A stretch of 64,000 nucleotides of DNA, from positions 87,544,001 to 87,608,000 of the forward strand of contig OZ260663.1 of assembly GCA_965285935.1 (NCBI GenBank), given 5' to 3'. Position numbers and translations under genes: made by a program. Positions 53,036-64,000 of the stretch are shown piece by piece. Within the stretch, counting starts at the first letter, position 1, and every line of letters starts with the position of its first letter. The DNA comes from Ophelia neglecta. Taxonomy: Eukaryota. Below the pieces are notes generated by a model. That model was not told the origin of the DNA, made no database searches, and saw only the letters and a program-made list of their open reading frames with translations.

Positions 53036-56000
53036 GATTTCAGTCATATGTCAAACGTTTAGGGTTCAATGGACTTGACCCTAAGAGATAAAAAAAAAGA
53101 AGCCAAACAATATACCACGCAATCGAAATACATCAAATAAATAAATACAAGCTGGTATCACCGGCAAAGAGAATTAGTCAACAATTTACCAGAGTAAGCT
53201 TCAAAGCGTTCCGGGATAAGATTATTGGAGTTCCCAGTTTGGAAATTCCCCTCGTAGTCCTTTCAATAACCTAGCCCCAACAGGCAGTCGCCCGGTCCTG
53301 AAACACTAACAATTTTAGTCCACCGGTTTAGAAATTCTAGTATGATGGGAATCAGTTCTCGAAGGTATGTTTATTAAATCTCAATCTCAAAATACTGTTT
53401 TTACTCTCCAGGGACTCACAAAATGTATACACTGCTCGAAATAGTTTACTTTTTCTTCTATTAATCAGTCGGTATTGCATGTTATAACATTTTCATCACA
53501 TTCGGCAATGGAATTAAAACCTCAGCGAATGACAAGCCCCAACGCGAAAATCCCAGTTTTCTAGTAAGAAGGAGATTAATTGGAGTCTTGTCCGCGGAGG
53601 GACAAAAAACCTGACAATCTCCCGATCATAAACCAAAATGGCGATCAAGTCGCCTGCCATCTGTAGGCGTCTCACGCGTCTGCACGCTAGTCACGTGTTG
53701 GTGGAGACACTTTTGTTGTTAGCTCCACAAAATCCATGGTTGACTCTTCTTGGGAGTATTTAATCTCACACCCTCATTGACTACTGACTATTTGTCTTGT
53801 GGTTTGACATCAGGGATAAATGTAAGTTGGCATAAAATGTTACCTGATATACCGAATTATACTTTATCACTATATTTGCCTGTGTGATAGGTATCGACTC
53901 CCGTGTTTTCACTAATTTTGTGATGCAATGAAACATTACAACCGGCCAGCTAATATCACTGATGGCGTATAAGTTAAAATGCGTTTATGTTAAGCCTTTC
54001 ATCGAATCTTATTGATTGTGGTAAAAATGTCTGTTTGTGCGGTGTGCTACGATTTATTTGACCAGTTCTCGTCTAGACGCATGTTTCTAAGGAAACAATA
54101 AATAAAAATGTTTGGTTTCTACACCACTTTCTGGCACAACTGAAGTCAACGGGCTTCTTTTAATCTAATGTCTTGTTAACACGGCAGCTGAAGCCGACAA
54201 ATAGAAACGGAAAACTATGATTAATGTGTCTAATGTCTGCATGTGATCCCAGCATATTAGAGCTGGCACAGGCATTGCATTGAGAATTATATTCCCGTAC
54301 AATAACCCAAACCATAACCCTTGCCGGAACACAGGCAGAACCTACTCAGGGCCCCCCACTACAACCATACCAGAAAAATAGCCGCCCTCTCTTCATATTG
54401 TTATATCAAACAAAATGGGGGCTACTGCCGGTCACCAGAACAAATTGATACCATCTGCGGGATAATAATTCATAGTAAACTGACATCGGATAGTTATGGA
54501 TCCCCCTTGTACATGTGCTCAACCACATTGAATCTGCAAGCTAACACTCGTACAAGAGTTTATTTTAACAACATTGGCGTAAAAAATGCGCTCTTATTTC
54601 CTAGCCAGCTGGCAGATCTATGAGCAAGCAGAATGTAATTCGCTGCATCAGTGCAGCGTATACGGGGCTTATTTGTCTACATTGGGTCAATACAAGGTTG
54701 TCCGCTACACAAAGATCCACATAATGGTGTCTAGGAAATGTTCAGATGACAATCAGCCAAGAAGTATAACTACTTATCTGCTGTTATGAGGATATTTAAC
54801 CAGCCAGATAGAAGTGGTATTAGAGCAGGAATTCATCACAACATATTGGTGGGTACTCTCGTAAATACGCATAACATATAATCTCCTTATACATGAAGCA
54901 AGGGGTCATCATCCAAATCTTCTCACAAACTTAATTACTACATATTATTTTGGCGATGGCGGTGGGCATTTAATGTGACCATGTATTAAAATACGATAAG
55001 ATAAATCAAGGTTTTGTTTGATGAGAATTGTGCGATTTGTTATGGACACTTTGTAAGAGTCCCGAAATGTTCATTTCATTTTTCGAATCTATGGGTTGCT
55101 TCGGGGCTAAAACTATTCTCCATGACAAGATGCAATTGACTCACCTACTGAAATAAATGTCACTTGAAGAACAAATAGTATGTGTTCGGAACAATTTTTA
55201 CCGCTAGAGTTTTGTCCACTGTATACAATTGCAACTGGCTACACGGGCATTTAATATGAATCCAAAGATTATACATATTGCTAAGTCTTCGGCAAGATTT
55301 TGCCCCAGGCTAGTTTAATCATCTCATCTAAGTGCGCTATTTTTACCCTCAAATCTGATTTATTTCACTCGTATTAACCTGTTTGGTACTAAAAAAGAAA
55401 ACCGGTGTGCAATACATGGAAGGAAAGAAGCACACACTATTTGTCTTCCCGGGCCTAATGACAAGAGCAGCTAATGCTACATAGGTTTCCGCATATATCT
55501 CAATGGTGGCTGGTATGTATACGCGACTTGGCGCTGATACGTTCGTATGCAGCCACATGCAAGATTCCTAGGCAGGTGGTGTTATCGCCTAGCCATCCCT
55601 TGACAGAGCGGGTCAGGAGGCCGGGCAGCTTGTGTCTATGAATCCATTTGTAATTGATATCAGTTTAGGGGGCACACAGGTTTTGATTCTGATCGGAATA
55701 TATTTTCAGTAGCTGAAACTCTATACAGAAACTCATGCTGTAAAACAACACAAGTAACGGTATCAGCTAGCCACACACTGCTTGTAACGAAAAACTTCCT
55801 TGTGACGGTATCTTTAAATTGCGAATGCATACAATAAAGTAAAAGCAAACTATTTGTTTACTCTAAATGGGGGTTTTCTGGATTCATGAATTATGAGTGA
55901 GCGTAATCACTCAGGTTATATTGAGAATGGTCAAGCTGATCAGCCTGTGGGAGATTGGTCTAAGGAGTACAGTGCGAAACCAGGTTCCACACGAATGGAG

Positions 56001-57127
56001 CAGCAGCGAATCTTTGGGAACACCGGCGCCAAACACACTTGTTGCAGCTAATGATTTGAAATTTGCTCCGACTTCTGGTGACGGCTGGTCTTTCTAGTTA
56101 TTATTATTCCGTCTGCTATTCAATGTTTAATATTCACTGTATGGGACACCTGGAGTCAATTTTTAACGTTTAAGTTGATCTCAAAATGGACTCAAGCCAA
56201 TGTAACATGCAGTATGTACACAATCTTGCATAAGTGTTATATACTCCTGCTTTGAAATGAATATGCTCATGAGAGGTAGTGCACCATACTGGTTCTTTCC
56301 GATATTCATTTAATAGATAATGCATTTGTGTATGAATATCGTTATATTTCACATATATGTATGTGTTTTATATGTTGACAAGCGCTTGTAGGCAAAAGAA
56401 GAGCTACACGTGTGTTAGATCTTAACTGAATTGCTAACTTCTTTACATATTGAATATAACAACTGGATATTTGCTAAGAAGGCATTTAAATATATGACGC
56501 GCTAGGTTTATAAAGCAATACATTAAAACGTGTGAAGGCAACCAGAAAATGGTCTAATCTTATCAGTTATATTTCCGCTCCGTTGTAATTTGGCTTGCTG
56601 CCTGGGAAGCGTTCGAACTACATAGCTCTGTTCAACATTTGCGTAATAAGCTGTAAATTAAATTACCATTGCAGCAATTAACTATAAAATAAAGTCGGCG
56701 ATAAAGCCGGGCAACTAAACTGATAGATGTGACGTGCCCGTGTTCGTTTCTGGAAGAATGCACTTGCAAAACGCTATATAGCACTATATGTAGTGTTACT
56801 AAACACTATTTTCACGGTATTTGGACACAATTCTCTCGTAAACATAACAGCTCTTCTTTATTCTTGCATACTGATGTGAAATAATGTAGTAAAACAGTAA
56901 TATGCAAAACAGGTTCCATTCAATTCTTGTAGTGGCTGGGACCTTGCGTTCTCAACCATTCGTAGGGTACCTGGATTCTGATTCGTCACAAACGGGCATG
57001 TTAACATTACTTAAAGAGGGATATAAGATGCGTTGGAAAAAAATAATTGAATATTATCATGCACTAGAAGTCAGCTCACTGTTTTTCGTATGTATTTTTG
57101 TGGACAAATTGCATAAAAAGAACTTAC

Positions 57128-57254
57128 AGAAATCTTGCCATTTGGTTTCCTTGACCACTCCCCCTCCTTTGTCACTTCCATGGCTCCCTCCTTTCTCCTT
57201 GTGCCCTCCGTGTTTATCCTTTCCACCGAAAATTTTACCAAATATATCACTCAT
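57128..57254 (-). CDS. Putative first coding exon of an unidentified multi-exon gene (MSDIFGKIFGGKDKHGGHKEKGGSHGSDKGGGVVKETKWQDF + 1 nt)
   Basis: ATG at 57254 in an AAAA-ATG context, with an in-frame TAG 15 nt upstream. The 42 codons are purine-rich (G/K/H/D-rich peptide), unlike the flanks. The coding-like stretch ends at TTTCT|GTAAGT (donor G at 57127, phase 1). The product cannot be identified from this exon alone. Confidence 0.7.
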
Positions 57255-57659
57255 TTTTACTTCACACTAACTATCCAATATATCCTCAATAATGATAATC
57301 CAATTGTGAATAATCACCTTAATCACAAAAATGTCCTTGCACAATATCATGTACACTCCCTACCGAGATAAACTTAGATATACCTAGGGCAATGTTGACA
57401 AGTAGCCAGAGAGTTGAAACTAAGCAATTCTGGGTAACGAAGGTATACCCAGTACCCGGCAGCCCTGTATAACAGGTGGAAAATCAAAGCAACCTGAGTT
57501 GACGAGTGCTTAGTATTACCCTAAGGGCATTCTTGATGAATGAATGCTAAACGTGAGCGCACACAAACAGACCATCGATCGTGGATCATACGGTATTCCA
57601 GAGCCAGATACACGTTACAAAGCACATCGCCATCGAAGTTGACAAGGGCTGTACATAGA

Positions 57660-57760
57660 CCAAACCGCACTGCGCGGCTGACTTGACTTGCAAACGGTTC
57701 TATAACATTTGAGCGGCGTGCTGCGCATAGCGCCGCACCAGGGCATCGGCGGTAACAAAT
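57660..57760 (-). promoter_or_regulatory. Candidate core promoter for the minus-strand gene
   Basis: Local GC/CpG-rich patch about 420-500 nt upstream of the ATG. TATAGAA starts at 57704 and an Inr-like GCAGT has its A at 57671 (33 nt spacing, slightly long). Confidence 0.3.
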
Positions 57761-60700
57761 AGTTATGCGTGAAATCGCTAGCAACATTATTAGGTGAAGC
57801 TCAATGGAATCCAACAGCAGACGTCGATCGAGTCCTCGCTTGTGCTGTCTAAGACGGAATCCAAAGTCGCAACACACAACAATGGCTTTGTTCAAAATGA
57901 CATTGCAGTATGACAAAAATAATACAGTATCCTTTCTTTGCATTCTGCCTGGTTTTCCAAGTTTTTGTTTACTCATGGTTACTTTTGCGGGCATTTAGGC
58001 TATGTACTGTATGCCCGCCTTCGAGATGATAAGCCATCAGCATAGGACAATGTTATTTTTTGACCTTATTTAAGGACGTGACACTAAGAATCAGTCAAAG
58101 ACTATCGATCATAAAAATTGACATTCAGCGTTGGCGATTTTTATTCACCGTGAACACATGAGCAATGAGCACACAGCAAAACTTGCATAGTATAGTATAG
58201 TTATAATCTAGGCTATAAGCCCAAACGTGCCTGTGTGCAAAACTGTCAGTAACTGTCACAGTAACCATCCAATCGGCTGAGGAGATGAAATAAATGGCAA
58301 ATTGCAAAGGGCAGAGCAGCAACTAGATGCATGAAGAAATATGCATACATTTTATATATCAAAGAGGCGCCCTTTCGACTCAACAGATTTTTCATTCACA
58401 AGCTATGCAACAACAATAACTATTACACAGGCTTAGCCTTGTGCAGCTAATAATAGCGGCACCTATTTCGTTTAGTTGTATAGTAAACAACACAATGTGG
58501 AACTGGAAACCTTGTCCTGAAACTTCAGATTCCCGGCCTTATCTAGATGAATATTCTTTTGTGTTACGATGGCACAAGTGCTTTGTAAATTTGTTAGGCA
58601 GAAACAGGATGGGTACCAAACAGAAAATGTACAATCGCTTATCCAGTCTTAATACAAATAAGCCGTCCACCGAAAGAAATACCGTCTATGGATTCAGATA
58701 TCGATTGATCAGGACCTGCAGGGAACACATACAATATTCGTGAGGGAAGCATGAAGCAGTAACGAAATATATACCAAGCTATAAAAATATAGTCCATTAT
58801 GTCGGCCAGAAACCAATTCAAAATCAACCCTGCATTTATGTTAAAACCAAAAATGAAGAAGTCATTGGGCACCACCAGTTGCAGGCTCATAAAATAAACT
58901 CAAGTGCACCAACCACAAATAAACTTGTAACGAAAAATAATTGTTGTCGCTTGCTTTGGAAGGCACTCACATATTTTCCATGATGCGAAGCAGAGCACAA
59001 TGCAAGGAGTTACTGGCCGGCGTAGAATGGTGATGATATATGCTATTTGAGAGTTTTTGGTTGACTAAGCGCTCTTATACAATTATGTGAGACTTAGGAT
59101 GAATTGTCTCAAAAAACATAACCAATAGCCCAGTTACGAATTACGGTTATAATGAATAGATCTGAAAAATGCTTTACCCTGCTGGTATCTTCGACAGGTA
59201 TATTGCATAAAAACTACTATAATCGAGGTAAACATGTGTTTCGTTTATCAAATAAATATGTTATACGTAGGTAGTGAGAAAAAAACAGAGAAACGTGATT
59301 GTTGGCTATGTTGATATTGGTATATACCATAGACGGATCAAATAAATAATCTTATCTTAAATTACTACTCGTTGCCGTCAACATAACTATAACTATAAGA
59401 AAGTACGGGAAGTGTTTGATACGAAACTATTTCCAGGAAGTGATTGTCTCCTTATACATGTATCATATTTAGAGTGGTTAGTATTGATCTAACGGACTGG
59501 CCCTCCATGGGAACAGACATAACCGATACGAAGTTATATATAAATTTGTACACGTTTCTTCCTTGGCCGTATGTCTGCTGAAAATAGGGACTCATTTCAA
59601 TCGTTTAAGACAAGTGATTATACAGGGAGCAACTCATGTAGGCTGTTCCGTTGTAATTGCTCGTCGGTAAAATGGGTTCTATTCATGAGTGTAAATGAGA
59701 ATTATCAATCTTATATATCCAGCTAAAACCCATGTAATGCAACATTGAAGCTCTCATGGCACTACTGTGTGGAAAGTATACCGTTCATATCACTTCGCAC
59801 GTAGTGGCAACGAATAGGAAAGAGAAACCGGTAGAAGTTCCTATAGGCAATTGTACTTGCTCTATATGTTTATGCTACAATGTTCATGCTTTAACTAGAC
59901 AACCAGGCTTGTTACACCAGCAGAGAGAAAGGGGGGGGGGGCGGAATAGAGAAAACCTTCTTTTGAGTATGAATTCAATTGACACTAATGGATTATTGCA
60001 TGGCATTGCATCCCTAAACAAGTCAATAAAGCACGAATGCTACCTTACTGTATGTAGCCAATCTTTTCCTCCTTAATGGAAGTTGACAGCAGTGGATAAC
60101 ATAAAGCCGGTCCAAACACACGCATCAAGCAGCAGTGTCCATTAAGTCGGTCAAATTTCACCAAGTACCGTCTGCGGCAGCCCCACAATGGTAATTACCA
60201 GTGCATATTAATTGACAATAGAAATATGTGAGATATCACTTGTATTGTGTAGTAGTTAAATGATTTCCACGAAGTGGGTCAGGCCTTTTGGAATAATCGC
60301 ACAAGTTCTATATATGCCAAACGTCAAGGTCAAATAGGTATTAATTCACCTATGTTGCCCGGGTTGAGCAAAGACGTAATGGGCCATGTTGTCCGAGTTA
60401 ATTTTTTTTATATATATATTGTATATGTAAACCGCACTTTCTGAATCGTCTTACAAGAGGGGCCACACGGGGAGCTACGATTGTGTCATAAAATCACTTA
60501 TATTGTACATAATTTTGCTACCTGTGCTACTTTTGCCATGGCTTTCGCTTTCGCCGTTTTCACGTAGCCTTACTATCACTAGGGAGGGATTTGATAATCA
60601 AAATAAGTTAATGCTCTGGTGTGTTAAGAGATAATATATTTGTTATCTATTTTTCTCACATTAAATATTAAATCCATGTAGGTAATAGAACCTGGATTGA

Positions 60701-61689
60701 TCTGTAGTGATAAAACACATGTTTCTTAACAAGTGGACTTAATTAATGGTCCGAACGGGTCAGATTTCCTCCTCTCTGCAGGAGTCATATGATTCTTAAA
60801 TGAGCATTCCAGAAATATTTCACATTGAGAAGGTACAAGTGAAAGAATGTCTCGTTCGCTGTATAATCTTACTACTGTCACTGCCTTACAAGTAAGCCAG
60901 ACGAAATAAAAACCCACCCAGACACAAATCAATTTAAACAAGCCATGAATTCAAACCAGGCACGTAAGGCAATAAACTTAGCAGCCTATGTTGAGAAGGG
61001 CCCACTTCTATCCCCGCATTATATCCTGAACCGAGATGTGTTCCTGAAGGTGGTTTTATATAACCAGTAGCAGAAAGGCGTTTGAAGTCGGAGATAGCAA
61101 AAGAAGCCGAGAATCAAACAGAGTCAAAGGAACATGTGTTATGGAATGGACAAGTGTTATTAGTAAAGAGATGTTATGCCTTGAGGAAAATATCAAACTG
61201 ATCGATGTGCGGATCTAAAAACCGTGGTTGTTCCTGCCAGGTAGCTCTGCTGAGTCGTCTACCAGCTTGTTTGGCCGGCAGTTTAAGCACTGCTACTGGC
61301 AGTAGCTGAATGATTTATGTGAAAGCAGTCTATTTTTAACTTGGACGTCAAAGATATAAAAAGTAATTATGACAAGGGTGGATATTTGGACTTTTACAAG
61401 TAGGATTCCTTATCCCTTTGTTGATAGAGAAATCAATGTCCAATAATGAAGATTAGCGCGTGGGAGTCAAATAATTTGATTACATTAAAGCGTAATGCAG
61501 TACAAAAACGCACATGGGAAAGCATAGATTTTCCTAGAAGATAATGCGAGATCATTTAACAGACGACATTAAGCGATTAAACATGTTGATGTGTCACATC
61601 TCTCTTGTTAACAAACTGTGTGCGTTTTTTGAAAAATATAATAAATTATTGAAATAATCAAAACACATACCAACAGACCCGACCTCCCA

Positions 61690-61737
61690 CATACACAGAC
61701 TCACACTTACCCCCCCCCCCCCTCACACACACACACA
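61690..61737 (+). repeat. poly-C and (CA)n simple repeat
   Basis: A C run at ~61710-61723 followed by a CA dinucleotide repeat. Other long G/C homopolymers lie at ~16578-16590, 17181-17195, 41940-41958 and 59931-59941. Confidence 0.85.
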
Positions 61738-64000
61738 AGCCCACTAAGCGTACAAGCATACTTGAGCAGCTATACACATAAACATATTTTAAACTGCAAA
61801 CTGTAATATATTTTGATAAAAATATACATAGCTATAATAATTGGTCGAGAAAGCTAGACCATCACGAAGATGAAATACTGAAAGTCTCATAATGAACTTT
61901 ATGCAGAGAACGTTTCAAGCGAGCAGGAACTTTAATGCATTATCTGTCACGATGATGCATTTATGATTAAAATCACACGACCCATCGATATCCAACTGTT
62001 TACTGTCGATGCAATGCATTTAGTTAATGTAATCCGTAGCTACCTGTCATAAGAAAACTTAAAAACTGACACCGGGAAGTTCTCTTATTGGCTACCTCAT
62101 ATAGAATATAAACAATCACAGATTCATCTTCGTTGTTTATCTACTTGATCCATCACAATGTGACAAGGAAAAACTTCATTCTGCGTTTTTCCTTGCCTTG
62201 AATGTTCTTTATTCAATTCGACTCGAAAAAGGCAAATGTGGTTATTTCGCATTTAATTTAAGCGTACAATATATTTACCGAGGTGGAATTGCTAGTTGTA
62301 GAAAATGCTTAACGAAGTTCCTCGCAGTGACTTGATATAATTAGACCAATTTAACTATAGGCTTCTTTTCCACTCACGCCATCTGGGTTACATGCCAGTT
62401 TTTCATGGCAGTGTTATAAGTAAAATACAACCGATTGTCCTTACAATCATGGACACTTTAAATTTAACTATATCTTTGAGGACTGTTGAACAAGTTAAGT
62501 CAGTTTCATAGTTGCTCAAGAACAGTCTGTTTTTGATAACAGAAAGGAAACGATCTTACTTTGCTTACAAATACAAATCACTGCGTAAATTTTAAAATAT
62601 TATGTGTGCATATTACTCCGATTTGAAACTGATAGGCGTGGGATTGTATAACTTATTGTTGCTAATATTGATGTGGAAAATATAATACGATATTAATCAT
62701 TCATATCTCTTTTTATTATTGCAAATTAAGCGAAAGCAGCTGTCAATGATGCTGCTTATATAAACTGTTTCTTTGCAGTTGATACACTTATCAATCAACT
62801 AGGATAAAAGCATACTTCGGAAGCAAATTCCCATCTGCCTGCTATTAATACTAACCATATTTTGTTCAGCAATAAAAGAACTGGGCTGCGTGCAATTCAA
62901 AGTCTTTCAGACCAAGCTCACACTCGGATACGGCACTATGGCAATATTGCAATAACTATCTGTTTTCGTCTACCATCGACTGTCGGTGTGACGCAAGCCA
63001 ATTCCAGCCACTTACATAAATTTAAGTCCTACATATCCGACACCACCTTACATAACACATACACTTGCGGTAGACTATTTGGAAGAGAAAGTGTGCAGCA
63101 GCTGCAGTGTATATTAACTCAATTTGTTCACATGTTCTACCTTATATATATTGTGCCTTTCGTACTGAATCAATTAAGCACGAAAACAGACATACGAGAC
63201 GAGGCCCAATGGTTCCACAAAGAACTGTTCATCTGATTGGTTATGAGCAAAAATAGGATAGATCGCTTTCAAGAGTGTTTTCTAGTGTTTATTTATTGTC
63301 CTAGGTTAACCTATGTGACTTATTCGCCTTGTCGTCAGACGCAGGCCATTGAAAACTTTTAAATATTATGCATTGCAATTGATTTAAGATTCTTTACTTT
63401 GCCTCTTTTCATGTTTATATTGATAATGGAGCTTGGGATTGATATTTGTGAGTCTGCGTCAGGCGGTTTTCTTTTGAGCTCGGACGGGTTAACGAAGGAA
63501 TATTTCGCGCTGTACGATTTCGTTTTGACGGTCGGTAATCCATTGCCGTTTTTTGTTGAAGCAAAGAACATCTTTGTAAGTGATTTGCAACGATAACGTT
63601 CCTAAAAAGATTTCCATATTTTAAATTAGGCGTTTTCTGAAGCACGGAATGAGCGAACTTGATAAATGCGATGTGCGTTCTTCATTGCTAGTGCATGCAG
63701 ATAAGTTTCAGCAGTTTTTCTCTCAAACTTGGCTTACTAAAAACTAAAACCATTAGCTATCTGCAAACCAATCCCAGAAGACGAATGGGAAAAAAGCGTC
63801 TTTCTGCTAATAATTTTCATCACTTGCTAACAGTTTTCATTTCTGTGGTGAAAAGGAGATGTAATTATAGTCTAGAATAGTCCAGTAATGTTTATGCCGA
63901 CAGAAAATAAAACGATATAGTTGATTTCCTCATTTAGAAATTATCTTCTATCTGCGCAGCCATGCTGCTATAATCGCTATGTCATATGAGGCAGTCTGTA

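Larger units (their letters stand above)
1..57127 (-). other. Very long intron (>57 kb, continues beyond window start)
   Basis: Donor at 57127. I found no convincing coding exon downstream on the minus strand, only TE relics and three AG|GTAAGT junctions. Small exons could have been missed by eye. Confidence 0.55.

Noticed and set aside
57057-57254. 65-aa single-exon ORF reading through to TGA
   Set aside because: The coding-like composition stops at a perfect GTAAGT donor at 57127, so it is better explained as a spliced first exon.
57521-57994. Longest ORF in the track (157 aa)
   Set aside because: No recognisable motif, Cys/Arg-rich random composition, and it overlaps the GC-rich putative promoter/5'UTR where stops are rarer.
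63359-63645. Three overlapping ORFs and a plus-strand GTAAGT at ~63576
   Set aside because: No recognisable domain and no convincing acceptor, so I cannot support an exon or TE call.
1-64000. Prokaryotic features (CRISPR arrays, operons) and tRNA/rRNA genes
   Set aside because: No regularly spaced repeat-spacer units, no long ORFs, and no intact tRNA A/B-box cloverleaf or rRNA motif seen.

Overview
AT-rich eukaryotic DNA (roughly 35-38% GC by eye), most likely from an invertebrate animal judging by the transposon relics and GT-AG splice signals. It has no long ORFs, and almost all entries in the ORF track are spurious. The best model is one minus-strand gene. Its first coding exon is 57254-57128 (MSDIFGKIFGGKDKHGGHKEKGGSHGSDKGGGVVKETKWQDF, phase-1 GTAAGT donor), followed by an intron of more than 57 kb that runs off the left edge. 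Inside this intron are three polypyrimidine-YAG|GTAAGTA junctions at 36574, 19099 and 315, spaced about 20.6, 17.5 and 18.8 kb, which is the signature of recursive splicing (ratchet points). Each junction opens a 37-41 nt cryptic RS-exon that ends at a second donor, carries a stop codon in the frame of exon 1, and has a GCAGTT motif at +15/+16. This module is the main candidate for an undescribed system. The rest is intronic or upstream DNA with decayed mobile elements (Gypsy, CR1/L2 and other LINEs, Crypton, a TA-flanked MITE, a Helitron-type end), local duplications and G-tracts.
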